Positions 42,431-55,740 of a stretch of 64,000 nucleotides of DNA are shown piece after piece. The stretch's first letter is position 1; each line of letters opens with the position of its first letter. Origin of the DNA: Eledone cirrhosa (Eukaryota); NCBI GenBank assembly GCA_964016885.1, contig OZ024740.1:375100001-375164000 (forward strand), in the 5' to 3' direction. The notes under the pieces were generated by a model. The model was not told the DNA's origin and did no database searches. It worked only from the letters and a program-made list of their open reading frames with translations. Made by a program: the position numbers and the translations under genes.

Positions 42431-43336
42431 ACCGCAACTATTATTATGAGTATTGTTACTATTTCAATATCCAGGCTCTTTGTATTTTTATAAGTAGTAA
42501 TTTATATGATTGTAGATTTCTCAATTGCATTGGAATATTTATAACAATTTTACGTAACCGTTTTAACGTTAATATCTGTGACAGGTATTGTAATCACCAC
42601 GTTTGAACTATTGAGGATTACACAAAACTGAGCTATTTTCTGTTGACTAGGAGCACCTAATGTCTTTTATATGTGTTCTGCTTAAGATTGTTCTCATGTC
42701 AGAGGTCTGAGACATTATCCTCCACGATAACTGTTTACATATACTATCTTGTGGGAAACATCATATTTTTTCTTAGCCAAACAAAATATTGCTTCATTCA
42801 CTTTTTCTTTATTTCTTGAGGTGTCAAATTTTCGTCACACATCTGCAACCTGGGAACTGACATAATTTGCCTATATCAGTTGTTTATTCTTACTTTCTGG
42901 AGTGTTTTGTATGACACATATTTTTGTTTTTACATTTTCGTTTTTAAATTTAGACATAGAGGTATGTTGCATACTTGTCTGCATTTCTGACATGGGTTAC
43001 AGTTTTATTCTTTAAATTCAATTCTACTGTTTGGGTACACGTCTATATGTCTCCCTTCTCTCATTCCTCTTATTTCTTAGGTGTGTTTTATAGTGGTTGA
43101 TTTATTGTTATTTACGTAGACGAGGTTCGCGTTTTATATAAAATATATATCTGTGAAATATTTCTTTCTATTACTAGTTTATTGAGGTTAAACTCTTTAT
43201 AAATTTATGCATTCAACTATGATATTATGGAAGATGATAATACAGAAACAATAGAACATAAAAAAGTATACATATGATATATCTGAGTATATTCTAGTAA
43301 ATAAGCATTAACCACAGTAGCATGGAATATCGAACG

Positions 43337-43374
<38 letters not shown>

Positions 43375-43377
<3 letters not shown>

Positions 43378-45558
43378 GAAGGAAATGTGGTAAGAAACCA
43401 GATGGACCATAACTCACTAAAGTACTCAATACTTATGGTAGTAGAGTGGGTAATAGGAACAAGCAGGACCCCGACGGCTGAGCTCAAGCCGTTTCGACGG
43501 CTAATTCTTGACTAAATGAACATTTTTAGCCTCGTAAATGAATAGCCGAACTTCTCAGGGGGTAATTCCATATATGGTAACAGTAATTGTCACAAGGATT
43601 GGTCAAAAGTTTGTTGTTAAGACACATGATTCTATCATGGCATTTTGTGGGAGGTAGGGGTAGCTGAACTTGCCAGTAAAAGAAAGAGAGTGAGGGAGTG
43701 GAGGAAACCCAGTCAAGCGTTGAAAGTGAAAACTACAGCAGATTCTACGGATAGTGTATAGAAGATCGAAAAAGGTATACTAGAGAATGGGAGGGGGGAG
43801 GAAGTTGAAACAATAAGTAAATCTAAATGGAGTAAATATATAGAAAATATAAAAAATATTAAAAATATTAAAAATATTAAAAATATTAAAAATATTAAAA
43901 AAAACAATCTCTGGTTACTAGTTCCCTTCCACAATCATGAAATCTCTCACTGGTACTGCTAAGCTATAGAAAAGTTTAATAGGTTGAAAGGACTACTAAA
44001 TACGAGATTTTAGTGAAAGAATTGTATGAGGCCATCATTACAGGGGTTCTACCACCGCTACAATAGTTAGTAGTAATCGGCCAAATCTATCTTACAATGA
44101 CAGGTCAACAAGTTGAAATACTCATACAATATATATAAAAAAACAATACATTATATATAAATACTGCTACATACATACATTCTAATACAATCTACATAAA
44201 TACATGTACAAAAAGTAATACGAAAAATTAATTTAGAATACCCCAAGATAAATACTGAAATACGAGAAATTAAAGCAGAAATACCACTAAAAAATCTAGA
44301 AATCAAGGAAATGGGGCAGCAAGCAGAGAAGAAAGTAAGTACCTGGTGTCTAGCACATCTGCTATAAAAAGCGAAATCGGCCAATTTTATCATAAAATAA
44401 GGGGGTGGGGGTACTGAGGCTATAATGGACCGTAGGGCTACATCGGGGTGGGCGAGAAGGTGAAAAGAACGACGACAAAGAAGATCTGGGGTCGGAGGAC
44501 TAGGAAGAGATGGGGGAATAAGGAAATATAGAGGAAACGGTAAAAAATATATAAAAAATATATAAAAAAGTTACGTCTAACTTTGTAAGCAGGGGTTACC
44601 CATTACAAAGTCGGCAAGTGGGGTGTTTCAGCCCTTGCCCCCCCCCCCCCCCCTGATCATTATGGGGTTTGAGAGGGAGGTAAGTCCTACGCAATCTGTA
44701 TTTGCATGCAGTTACCATTTCGTCTTTCTTGTATAGGAGTTAGTCCGTCGAAAACAGCATTTGTAATGTTTCCTCCGAGCATAAGTTACACGGACGGCGT
44801 CCTCCCGTGTAAAAGTTGGCTCTGGACAGTAAGCTCCAAGTGAGATTATAGGTTATATTGTTATCTTTGAGGTCCCAGATGTGGACCGAAAGTCTAGTGG
44901 CGTCACGCCGGGCCGGGTTTGGGAAAGTATGTCTGTGTTGGTATAGCCGGGTCTTGAAGTCACAAGCGGTAATTCCTATATAAGCTTTGTTGGAGGTGTC
45001 CGTCCTCACGTTGCTCTGGTAGATCACATTACGCTCTCTGCATCTGTTGTGGAGGGGGCAAAGGGATCCATCAGGACAGTATACCTCCTGGTCGGCTCTC
45101 CACTGCTATCTAGGTTATATCTTCCATAGGGGTTGAGATTTTGGTGTTAGAGGAGACGATGTTTTGTGCAAAGTTAGGTGTGGTGCTGTAGATGAGTTTG
45201 GTATTATTTTGTTGATTATGTTGTGTTAGTGGTGTTGTAGTGGGAAGTGTTTTTCGATGAGCCTAAAGAAGATTTTCCCGATAGGTGTTGTCACCTCGGC
45301 ATTGTGGGGATAATTGTGACACGATACGCTGCGTGAGCGGCGGTGTCGCCTGCTGGTTCCGCTAATGGAAGCTGGACAATAGGATATTTCCTCCCGGAAG
45401 CCACTCCGCTTGACCAATCCTTGTGACAATCACTTTTACCATATATGGGATTACCCCCTGAGAAGTTCGGTTATTCATTTACCAGGCTAAAAATATTCAT
45501 TTAGTCCAGAATTAGCCGACGAAGCGCCTTGAGGTCAGCCGTCGGCGTCCTACTTGTT

Positions 45559-45562
<4 letters not shown>
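43375..45562 (-). mobile_element. 5'-truncated PLE (second type) with GIY-YIG at about 44700-45400 and an inverted 5' pLTR at about 45412-45562
   Basis: YIGITACDFKTRLYQH, LSVHIWDLK, CNLCSEE; 43452-43603 is the reverse complement of 45412-45562. Confidence 0.88.
43468..43563 (-). ncRNA. Type I hammerhead-like motif, family J (core CUGAGAA)
   Basis: Reverse complement reads ACCCC CTGAGAA G.TCGGCTA..TAGCCG.C GAAA CGGC..GCCG TC GGGGT. A decayed copy lies at 45453-45548 (+). Confidence 0.65.
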
Positions 45563-45600
<38 letters not shown>

Positions 45601-45669
45601 AAGAAACAAAGATGAAATTGAAATTGCAACTGGAGTCTTATTTTTAAAAATATCTAAATTTATTTGGTT

Positions 45670-45706
45670 CCTTTACCGGTTTCGCAGTTCTTCTGCTTTT
45701 CAAAAG
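45670..45706 (-). ncRNA. Family E hammerhead (U3-A8 core), in a pLTR fragment at about 45597-45855
   Basis: Reverse complement reads CTT TTGAAAA GCAG-AAGAA-CTGC GAAA CCGG TA AAGG. Confidence 0.75.
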
Positions 45707-46165
45707 TACAGTTTAAATGGAGGGTCTGTGTTTGAAAAACCATAGACCCTCCATCCAGTTGCATTTTCGATTTCATCTTTTTTTCTTTATACTTTCACTA
45801 GTGTAGGACACCTCGGTTATTTTTCATTTTGTAAAAATAACCTCACTTTCTAATATAGTAATAATAATAAAATAGGAGACCAAAATCCAAAGAGGGCTCG
45901 ATAAGGAAAATATATATCAAATATATAAGAACCGTAGAGCAAATATTTATTAAAATAACAGATTAAAGTTTAAGCAAAGAATCGCTGCTTTCACCCTTAA
46001 CGGGATCTTTCCACCAACGAGCGCATTTTCAACGACCATTCCGCTTATTACAATGAAGCTCTTGCTCGAAGTGGATTTGTCGATAAGGTAGCATATACAG
46101 AGTACGAAAATAGACCTAGAAGATATAGATCCCGTCGCATTTGTTGGTTTAACCCACCATATAAT

Positions 46166-46816
46166 ATGGAGGTGTCCACACCATTAGCTAAGATCTGTCT
46201 TTCCCTTATTACGAAGCATTTTCCCCCTACACATAAATATAGTAACATTTTTAATAGAGATACTATTAAAATTTCTTACTCTACGACTCCTAACCTTGCA
46301 CATAACATGACAGCTTCAAATTTAGCTAAACTACCTAGCCGTAGGAACACGTGCAACCCTGTAGTTAGTACTAACTGTAATTGTAGGAATCGGGCTGATT
46401 GCCCTCTATCCGGGAAATGCCTCTCTAGTAACATTGTCTACAAATGTAAGGTTGTAACACCCACGTCCCATAGGGCCTACATAGGGTTAACCGCCAATAG
46501 TTTCAAGCAGCGTCTTTACATGCATACCCATTCTTTTCGCTGCCCTCTAAGAAGGAATATGACGTCACTTTCAGCTTATATCTGGAGTCTAAAAGATAAC
46601 CACACCCAATATAAGTTACACTGGGAGATCCTAGCTAGGGCTAGATCGTATAACGGAAATAAAAGACCATGTGACCTCTGCGCCGCTGAGGCCCTGGAAA
46701 TACTCTACGCCACATACCACATCTTAAACAAAAAATCTGAGGCAATTTCGGCTTGTAAACATAAATTGCACAAAACTTTCCTGTATTACAGCCCCACGTT
46801 ATACCCTAACGGATAG
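46166..46816 (+). pseudogene. PLE linker plus GIY-YIG endonuclease (open frame, element 5'-truncated)
   Basis: WFNPPY upstream, IFNRDTIKISYS, CNCRNRADCPLSGKCLSSNIVY, YIGLT, FKQR..H, CDLC..E, LNKKSE..CKH. Confidence 0.9.
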
Positions 46817-47744
46817 CACGACCTATACGTGGATATTTTACGTCTTGATGTGGGAGCTAAGTATATGTTTTGTTTATTCCTTTACTTATTTGCATAGGTA
46901 AGTATATATTACCCGTATGTTTTGTGAAGGTATGTAAACTTTCTCGTACGTATAGTTGACTGTTATGGCGTATACTTTTTACATAGTCTGGTATTTAGGG
47001 TTTGGCTATGTGTATACGGGAGTTTTGCGTCTGCGTGAGTATGCAGGTTCGTACGCATGGTGGGTGTGTGTATATGTGTACTTCTTGTTTTAGTTGACTT
47101 ACGTCTCCGAACATTCGTGTATTTATATCTAGGTATGCGTGTGCGCTTGTTATATACGTATTTATTTACTTATATACGTTGATATAATTATTTATTTATT
47201 TATTTATTTGTACACAAGCATACACACACACACACATATTTATATGTGCGTGGATTTGTATACCTATTGTAGGGTTTTGCGTATGCTTGTGTATGTACGT
47301 ATCTGTTTGCATGTATGTATTTATTTGTTTCAATTACATCTGTATTGTATTTATTTACTTTGTTCTTAACTCTGTAGCGGAGATTAATTTTAGTCTACGA
47401 CTTCTGCTATACCATTTACGTGGTTTTGTCTGTGCGTGCTATTGTTCTCCACGCTCCACATATGACTTATTATCTTCGTTTTTTCGTTTTTTCGTTCATT
47501 GCCAAAGAACGTCTCTATGCACCACCTAAGAGACCATTAGTCTATGACCTCTTTTATACCATAACGTGGTTCTGTCTTTGCGCGTAATTGTTTTTCACCG
47601 CTCCTATTAATGACGTATTATATTCGTTTTTTCCCGTTCTTTGCCAGCGAACGTTACCACGAACCAAAGTATCGTCTCCCTGTCTTCCTCCGGTTGCAAC
47701 GTTTTTTGAAATATCCAGTTCTGCGTTTACAGATTGACTTTGTT

Positions 47745-47795
47745 AGTTTCAGAAGATCCCGTTAAGGGTAAAAGCAGCGATTCTTTGCTTAAACT
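47745..47795 (+). ncRNA. Hammerhead-like motif, family K (core CAGAAGA; G12 mutated in this copy)
   Basis: AGTTT CAGAAGA T CCC-GTTAA-GGG T AAAA GCA..TGC TT AAACT. Confidence 0.6.
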
Positions 47796-47811
47796 TTAAT
47801 CTGTTATTTTA

Positions 47812-47877
<66 letters not shown>

Positions 47878-48099
47878 TTCGTTTCTGAATTTGTTTAGCA
47901 AGATTCTTTATCTGAAATTGTGCGTTGAAACCGATATTGTTATACTTTGGGAGGGTCATGTTGCCAATAAGAAACACACGCACCAGTTGTTTCACTTCAA
48001 TTTATTATATATTTATAAACTTATAAATTTACAAATCTACAAACTTATAAATTTCTGGTTGGTTGGTTGGTTCCACAACCAGATAGTTGTTTATATATA

Positions 48100-48142
48100 G
48101 TCATAGTCCTTTCGTCACACACTCTGTGACCTCTTCAGTGAC
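48100..48142 (-). ncRNA. Type I hammerhead, family I (canonical core)
   Basis: Reverse complement reads GTCA CTGAAGA GGTCACA..TGTGAC GAAA GGAC TA TGAC. The copy at 51725-51769 (+) has G12A. Confidence 0.82.
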
Positions 48143-48403
48143 GGGGGATTCCTTTCTTTGTTTCTGTGCCTTTCTTTCTTCTATCCTACGCCATTTTGTT
48201 TCTGTGTGTGTGTTGTGTGCTCAGTTTACGCATGCGCCACATCCGGGTGTCTGTGTGTGTTTGTGTTCATTTATCTATTTGTTTATTTATTTATTTATTT
48301 ATTGTTGGTTGGTTGTTTGTTCTATGTGTGTGTGTGTTTTCATTTTGTCCTTAATTGTAAGTTGTGATGTTGCTGTTCCACTCATATTTTCTATTTTTTC
48401 TAT

Positions 48404-50872
48404 TTAATTTAATTTTGGTTGTAATTCTTTTATGCTTACTGCCTCTGTAATTTGCCTAAACATTGCATCTTTTCTGTGTGTGGATTCTATTTTTATTTCT
48501 ATGTTCTCTAATCTACCCCTGTGCTCTATCTTAGCATGTTGGTAGAGCACAGATGATTCATTATTATCTTGAAGGTCTCGCCAGTGTTCATTTATTCGTT
48601 CCCCTATACTACGAGCTGTCTCACCTATGTACACTATATTTTTGGTTCTACTTTGTCCTTCAGTACAACTTATGCTATACACTACATTTCTAGTTTTACA
48701 GTTAATATGGAGGCTTATTTTACAGGTTATACATTTCTTATCTATACATGAGGGTCTTTGGAACGGGTATGTCTTGCTAATAAGTGTTTTTACGGAGGTA
48801 CCTGGTCTTTCTACTATCTTAATATTGAGTTTATGTTTATTTAGGGCCCTTCTAAATTAGTAGGCTAGTTCGCCTCTAGGGGTTGTATTGATGAACATTA
48901 CACTCTGGTATTTATTGCTATCATACCATGAGTTTATTCTATTGGCCTTGTTCCTAGTTCTTTCTATTCTATTCCAAAATTTGCTCCTATACAAGGGGCA
49001 GGTCCCATTTATGTCATTATTTACCATTTTTACCCATTTGATTCTGGCTCCTCTATACACTCTGATTCTATCTCTCTGATTGTAGCCAGAGAACTGCATA
49101 TGGTGGATGATGTGTTGTATGTGTCTCTCTAGTTCTTCGGGGTTGCACATGCGGGACACATTTCTCATCACCCGTACCAAATCCGCAATCATTATGTTGA
49201 TTTTGGTATGGCCCGAAATGGCCGAGTTTCGGTGGATCAGATGTTTGGAAGTCATGGGTTTGGCATAATGGGAATGGAGGATTTGTTTTTGGTTGTTAAT
49301 GGTATCTAACCAGAGCTCTGTGTCTAGTACAGGTAATCGATGGTTGGGGTGTCTACTTGGGTAGTCTATAGTAACTCTAATGCTCTAGTGGATGGAGTTT
49401 GCTATTTGCTGGATGCTTTCCATTGTGTTTTTCTCTAGTTCCTGACTTTTCTTTAGTGGGGGTGTCTTAACTACGATGTTTATATCATCTGCGTAGCGGG
49501 AGTACATTATCAGGGTTAAGCTGTCTTCTAATTGTTCTTTAACTTTTTGTTTAAGTCTACTGTCCCACCATACCATGAATAAGTTAGCTATGTCGCCTGC
49601 AATGCTAACACCAATGGCTGCTCCTTCCTCTTGGGCATATGTTTTACCATTAAATTTGAACATATGTTCCTTAAGGGTTAATTTTATGCTGGCCCCTACC
49701 GCATGTGCAATCATTTTCTTCAGTTCATCGTGGTGTTCGGGTGTCCGTATGGCTCTGGTCCACCCGTTCCATCTATCTGTGTGGGTTTTCTTGGCCATTG
49801 AGGTAATGGTAGGTGGTCTGCCTCTTGCTGGTCTTGTAGGGCACAGGTTGCTAAGGTCATAAGTGTCTAGGTAACTATTACTATGGGTAAGCTTAAGTAG
49901 AAGTCCCAGCTCACTGGTATCAATCCCACGGAACTCAACCTTGCTCTCGCTGATCATTTCTACGCATTTCTCCACAGCAAAATCCACGTCAATAGATGGA
50001 TACAGGGACACAACATCCATACTACCTATTATGCAGTTTGTTAGGTCCCCAGATCGGTTACTCGCGCCGAATCTGCTGAGGAGGTCCTCCGTGCTGTCAC
50101 ATACATATGGGAACATCTCAATGATGGGGCGTATGATCAGGGAGAGGAAGTAGGACAGTCTGTAGTTACTAGCAATGTTAGCTCCACAGACTGACCGTGT
50201 TGGTGGTCCCGCGACAGGGTCACAGCCCGTTTTATGGTCTTTTCGAAGCCCATACAACGCCGGCACGTCATTGTTCCAGGCCTGGAAGTTGTTGGCAGTC
50301 CTTTTGTTGGGCTGCATTATATTCGTCCACATCACCATATGGGCATTGAGGGCTTTTTCTCTATCCTCATGCTCCTGTGGTGTTAACTCTCTTGTGTTAG
50401 TGATGTGGGGTTGCATTGACTGGATGTAGTTTGGCAGGCTGTCAACCGACATTCTGCCAGACTTGTCTGTTGGAAAGCATGCTATCTCTCCATTACGCGA
50501 GCGCTGCATGAGCTTACGCAAGCCATTTGCAGATTTTTCTCCCAGTTGCTGGGCCTCTATTCTATTATGCTTCTTGCTATACTGTTCTATAATATTTCTA
50601 AGTTCGTATTTAGCTATACTAAATTGTGCTTCTGTTTGTTCATCGACCTGCGACGGCAACTGCGTGAGTTTGTTAAATGGTAAAGTCGTGGCTTGGACTC
50701 GTCGCAGGTCGAATGATTTATCGGAGGGATTATAAAACGGAGAGTTGCAGGCTGCTGCTTTATGTGTACTAGTGCTATTGTTATTGTTAGTTGTGTTGTT
50801 TCTATGTCTATTTCCACCAACAGCCTCATGGTTGTTTCTATGTCTCTCATAATTACTCCTGTCTCTTTCCAC
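48404..50872 (-). pseudogene. PLE-3 RT plus GIY-YIG, with a few stops and frameshifts
   Basis: PTDKSGR, LYGLRKDHK, GSMDVVSLYPSI, GAAIG, RYADD, VYSISC..YIGETARS..ER..EH, QPKLN. Confidence 0.93.
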
Positions 50873-52139
50873 TGGCTCAATGTTGTTATCTACCCTATTT
50901 TGTGTGTCTCTGTGTTCGTCTTGGTTATTCTCTTGTCCTTAGTCTCCCATCTCCTTTTCTTTTTAATCTTATTACTTTCCCTTATTTCTCTGATTTCTGT
51001 GCTACTGTCATTACTTGTTTTCTGTGTCTGTGTGTTTGTTAAGATTGTGGTGGTGGTGAGAGGCATTGAATGCGTGTGTGTTGTTGTTGTTGATGTCTGC
51101 TGTTGTTGACGTGTGTTGTTGTTGTCTCCGTGTGTGTTATCGTTGTTGTGTGTGTTGTTATTGTTGTTTGTGTCTGCGTGTCTGTTGTTGTTGTTTCTGG
51201 GTATGTTGCTATTGTTGTTGTTGTTGATGTGTGTGTTGTTGTTATTGTTGTTTGTGTCTGTGTGTCTGTTGTTGTTGGGATGGGTGTTGTATATGTGTTG
51301 TATATGTGTTGTATATGTGTGTGCGTAAAGAATCATCTGTGCTCTACCAACATGCTAAGATAGAGCACGGGCGTAGATTAGAGAACATAGAAATAAAAAT
51401 AGAATCCACACACAGAAAAGATGCAATGTTTAGGCAAATTACAGAGGCAGTAAGCATAAAAGAATTACAACCAAAATTAAATAGAAAATATGAGTGGAAC
51501 AGCAACATCACAACTTACAATTAAGGACAAAATTAAAACACACACACACATAGAACAAGCAAACAACCAACAATAAATAAATAAATAAACAAATAGATAA
51601 ATGAACTCAAACACACACAGACACCCGGATGTGGCGCATGCGCAAACTGAGCACACAACACACAGAAACAAAATGGCGTAGGATAGAAGAAAGGAAAGGC
51701 CCAGAAACAAAGAAAGGAATCCCCAGTCACTGAAGAGGTCACAGAGTGTATGACAAAAGGACTATGACTATATATAAACAACTATCTGGTTGTGGAACCA
51801 ACCAACCAACCAGAAATGTATAAGTTTGTAGATTTGTAAATTTATAAATTTATAAATTAATTAATATATAATAAATTGAAGTGAAAGCAACTGGTGCGTG
51901 TGTTTCTTATTGGCAACATGACCCTCCCAAAGTATAACAATATATATATATATATATATATGTAAGTATGCATGTATACGTACATACATATATGTATACA
52001 GACGTACAGTAGCATGCACATATATATATATATATATACATATATATATACATATGCATACATTTAAGTAAGTGCCATACTAAGAGTGAGAAATGAAATT
52101 TTGTTTTCATTTTGTTTCAATTTATATATATATATATAT

Positions 52140-52372
52140 ATATGGAAAAGAAATAGTAGAGGCAACTGGATACCTTTTAAGAATATTTATTTATTAACTT
52201 TAACGGTTTCACAGTTCTTATGCGTTTCAAAGGAAACATTGAGATGTGGTGCTAGTGGTTTGTCTCGAGACGTTTTCGTTTTAATTTCCTTATACTGTCA
52301 CCTGTGTAGGACATCTCGTTTTATTTTTCGTTTTTCTTTTTGTAATAAAAAAAAACCTCGTTTTCTTATATA
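52140..52372 (-). mobile_element. Diverged family E pLTR fragment with a decayed HHR (52198-52233)
   Basis: Similar to 45600-45850; minus strand reads TTGAAAC GCA..TGT GAAA CCGTTA. Confidence 0.6.
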
Positions 52373-52411
52373 TAAATACATATATATGTGTGTTTGTGCA
52401 TTTCCAGCTTG

Positions 52412-55400
52412 AGCGACATATAATTCTTCACAATTCGGGCATTTAATCCAGTAAATTAGATTTCTGCTTTTGCAGTTCGTATTTGCATTTGGGAATATTT
52501 TTTAGTTTTTGTGTTCATATATTGACCAGTATGTATGAACTGACCTGTGCCACATCGACTATCATTGCATTTAGATACAGTGAATGATTGGTCTTTGTGG
52601 CTAAGGTCAAACTTTGCAGTAGTGTGTAATTGCTTTTACTAAGAATCAAAGCTCGGTCTGTGATGAAACCTTTTAATTCCTTAATTTGAGCAATGATCGG
52701 TAGCAATGATTGGCAGTTTTGAAGATATTCTGGTGACATGGGTTGTGTGTCATTATAAATGTTATGACCAGTTCTTTGTTTCATCTTCTTTGGGTTGTTC
52801 TAAATTGTTGTATAGGTATGTTTATAGCCCGCTGTATGCGATTTTCTATAAGTAGAGATGGGTATTTTTGTTTGAACAAAAATTATCTCAGTTCTGTTAG
52901 GCGTTTGTTCCTGGTATTCGTATCTTCTACAATGGTACAAATTCTTCTGGCTAGGCAGTTTGGGATGTTGTGTTTTGTATGAGGTGGATGGCACGACTTA
53001 AAATTCAGATATTTATGGGTGTCTGTGTGTTTATAGTATATATCCATGGTAATGGTGGTGTCGTTTTTGTTTACTACTAATCTCTTTTAAATTGCAGAGA
53101 TGGGTGTAGGTTATTCAGGAGGATATTGAACTCATCCAGAGTAGCTAGAGATTCTGTCCAGATGATGAAACAGTCATCAAGGTATCTCTTCCAAGACTTT
53201 TCAATGTACTTTATAAATTCAGTGCTATATGTTTCCTCTATTTATTGGTAGAGTTGTTCTAAGTATCCCATTAGAGTTCACGTAAACGGGAGCAAACTTC
53301 GTTCCCATCGCTGTGCTTCTAATTTGGGTGTAATTCTTTCCATTGAAGAAGAATGTGCTGTTTTCCAGAATAAGTCTGACTGCGTCTAATATAAATGGCA
53401 CTGTGTATCTGGTGGGATCACTTCTCTATGTTTTTCCAGCCAGTATTTAACCGCCTTTATTCCTAAATCATGTGTAATGTTGGTTTACAGGCTTACCACA
53501 TCAAAACTAAGTAGAAGTGAATTCGTTACCGTAGTTTTGGGAAGATGGAAGAGGAAGTCGATATAATCCAGGATGAAACTGGGTATGTGAATACATAGTG
53601 GTTTCCAAATAATGTCATCAAAATTTCTTAGGGTGTGGGTAGGGCATCTTGGACCAGCTTTAAAAGATCTAACTTTTAAGTCTTTTGGGTGTAGTAGTTT
53701 AATGTAGTCACTTTTTTTCTTTTACTGCCAATTGCATTTCTCTTGACTGATGAATTTTCGGTAAGCGATAAAGGTTGCTGGGCTTTGGCTCAACATTGGT
53801 GATGTAGTCTCTTTCATAATAAGTAAGTGAGTTGTAGTATTTTGAAGCCAGGTTGTTGATCTTCTTCATGATGTTGTGGTTTATATTTGACGGTATTTCA
53901 TGGTACAATATTGTGACTTTCAGTTGTTCCTCAACCAAATCTTTGTAGTATTCAGCATCCATTATAACAATTGCACCCCCTTTATCTGCTTGTTTAATTA
54001 TTATTGTTTTATCATTTTGTATATGTTTAAGTGCAGACATTTCCGATTTGTTAATGTTTGGCCTTACATTAGTATTACGTCTAAGACAGGATATCAATGT
54101 ATTGGGCGAGATAGATATTTCTTCCTTTTGGCGGAGTGACATTTGATTTAGTCTTTACTACTGATTCATCACTCTCATTACTTTTATCAGCGAAGAATTC
54201 TACAAAACGTAATTTTCGACAGAATTCTTGGGTATCCTCCTTCAGTTCTTGGTGGTTGACTGTTGGAGTCGGTGTAAATTTCAGTCCTTTTGACAGAATT
54301 TGCATTTCATCATTGTCAAGATCTCTTTTGGATAAATTAATTATTCTAGGATCTACGTGTTCAATTGTTTTGGATATGTTTCCTCCTGGAGTTTTTCTTG
54401 TTCCGGTTTTTGCTGTCCTGACGTTAAAAAAGAGATCTTTCTCTGTTCAGGATTTATATACCTGTTGGTGTTTGCTTAATGAATTTTTGGTCGTGATATT
54501 ATACTTAGTTTCGATATGTTTTTGTCCTATTTTTTGTACTATGTATATTATTTTTTCCATTTCTTGTTAGCATTGTGTTTAACAATCTGGGAAAATGACT
54601 TAAGTTTGCTTTCAGATTTAGACCGTTTATTGCCCAAATTCTTGTAGGTAATCTCTGTTGAGATCTTGAAAGTGATCTGGTATTCTACGTTTTATTCCCC
54701 GTTACTTGTGGGTAGTCTCTGTTGAGATCTTGAGAATGATCCTCTGGTTTTTCTACTTATCATGGTCTGATCAAAGAAATATCTCTCGTTTTTTTTGCTT
54801 TTTGTTCATGTTGTGTGCGTTAGGGTGTTTTTGTAGAAAAAGCGAAGAGTTCTTGCCGTAGTTATTCTTTGATTCAAGGTGAGATGAGTGTGTGTGTTGT
54901 CATGTGTTCTGGCGTATGTTGTGTTGGCAAGATTGTCCACTGTTAATGCTTTTTCTCAGAGTTCCTGAGTCTTTACCGTAATTTGCAGCATATTCGTCGA
55001 GAAATAATGTTTTCTTATGCCATAACGTTTTGATTTGCTTTCTTCTTTTGAGATATCTCTCATCCATAGTTCTCATAGTTTTTAACCTATATTACCAGTC
55101 GTTAGCTTTGAAATTTGGACTTCAATTTAGTCATCAATAGCTTCGTATTTGGCTTTGTAGCAAAATTGTTTACATTGAGATGTCCGTCCTGAATGTTGTC
55201 AATGTAAGTTCCCATTGGAGTTTTATTTCTTCTTCTGGCTCACCTGCAATTTCTTTAATTAGGTATTTACGAGGGTGTATGGGTGCCGTTAGAGAAAGCC
55301 ATTTCGAATGTGTTTCGACATATTTTTCGCATTTGTATGCTTTCCAGAAGTTTTGTTTTCTTATGGTAAGAAATTTTTTCCATGTCTTCCACATTTCTTT

Positions 55401-55692
55401 TCTTATTCGATGTGCTTCATTTTCCCAATTTCTTTCGTTTAGTTCTGACATCCAAGGGTGTTGTGGGAGGCTTTCTCTTGTATCTTTCAGCTAAATTCTT
55501 AATTTCAGAGTGTATATGTTCAGCTATAAGTTTTCTGTCTGTAGATTGTTGTTCTATTTCTTTTAAAATAGAGGATCGTGTGTCAATCATCGTCATAAGT
55601 GTTGATAATTTCGATGATATCTCATTTAGAATTCTTTCTGATTCTGTTGATTTCATTTGTTGCTTTCCAGACATGTTGGCATATACACAATA

Positions 55693-55740
<48 letters not shown>

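Larger units (their letters stand above)
45855..47815 (+). mobile_element. 5'-truncated PLE (second type) with an inverted 5' pLTR at 45855-46009
   Basis: GIY-YIG ORF 46166-46816; 45944-46009 is the reverse complement of 47752-47818. Confidence 0.9.
47878..51940 (-). mobile_element. PLE-3, a third and divergent PLE type, with a 3' pLTR at about 47878-48560 and an inverted 5' copy at about 51330-51940
   Basis: RT and GIY-YIG ORFs; ~600-bp inverted terminal duplication; (TA)n flanks. Confidence 0.92.
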
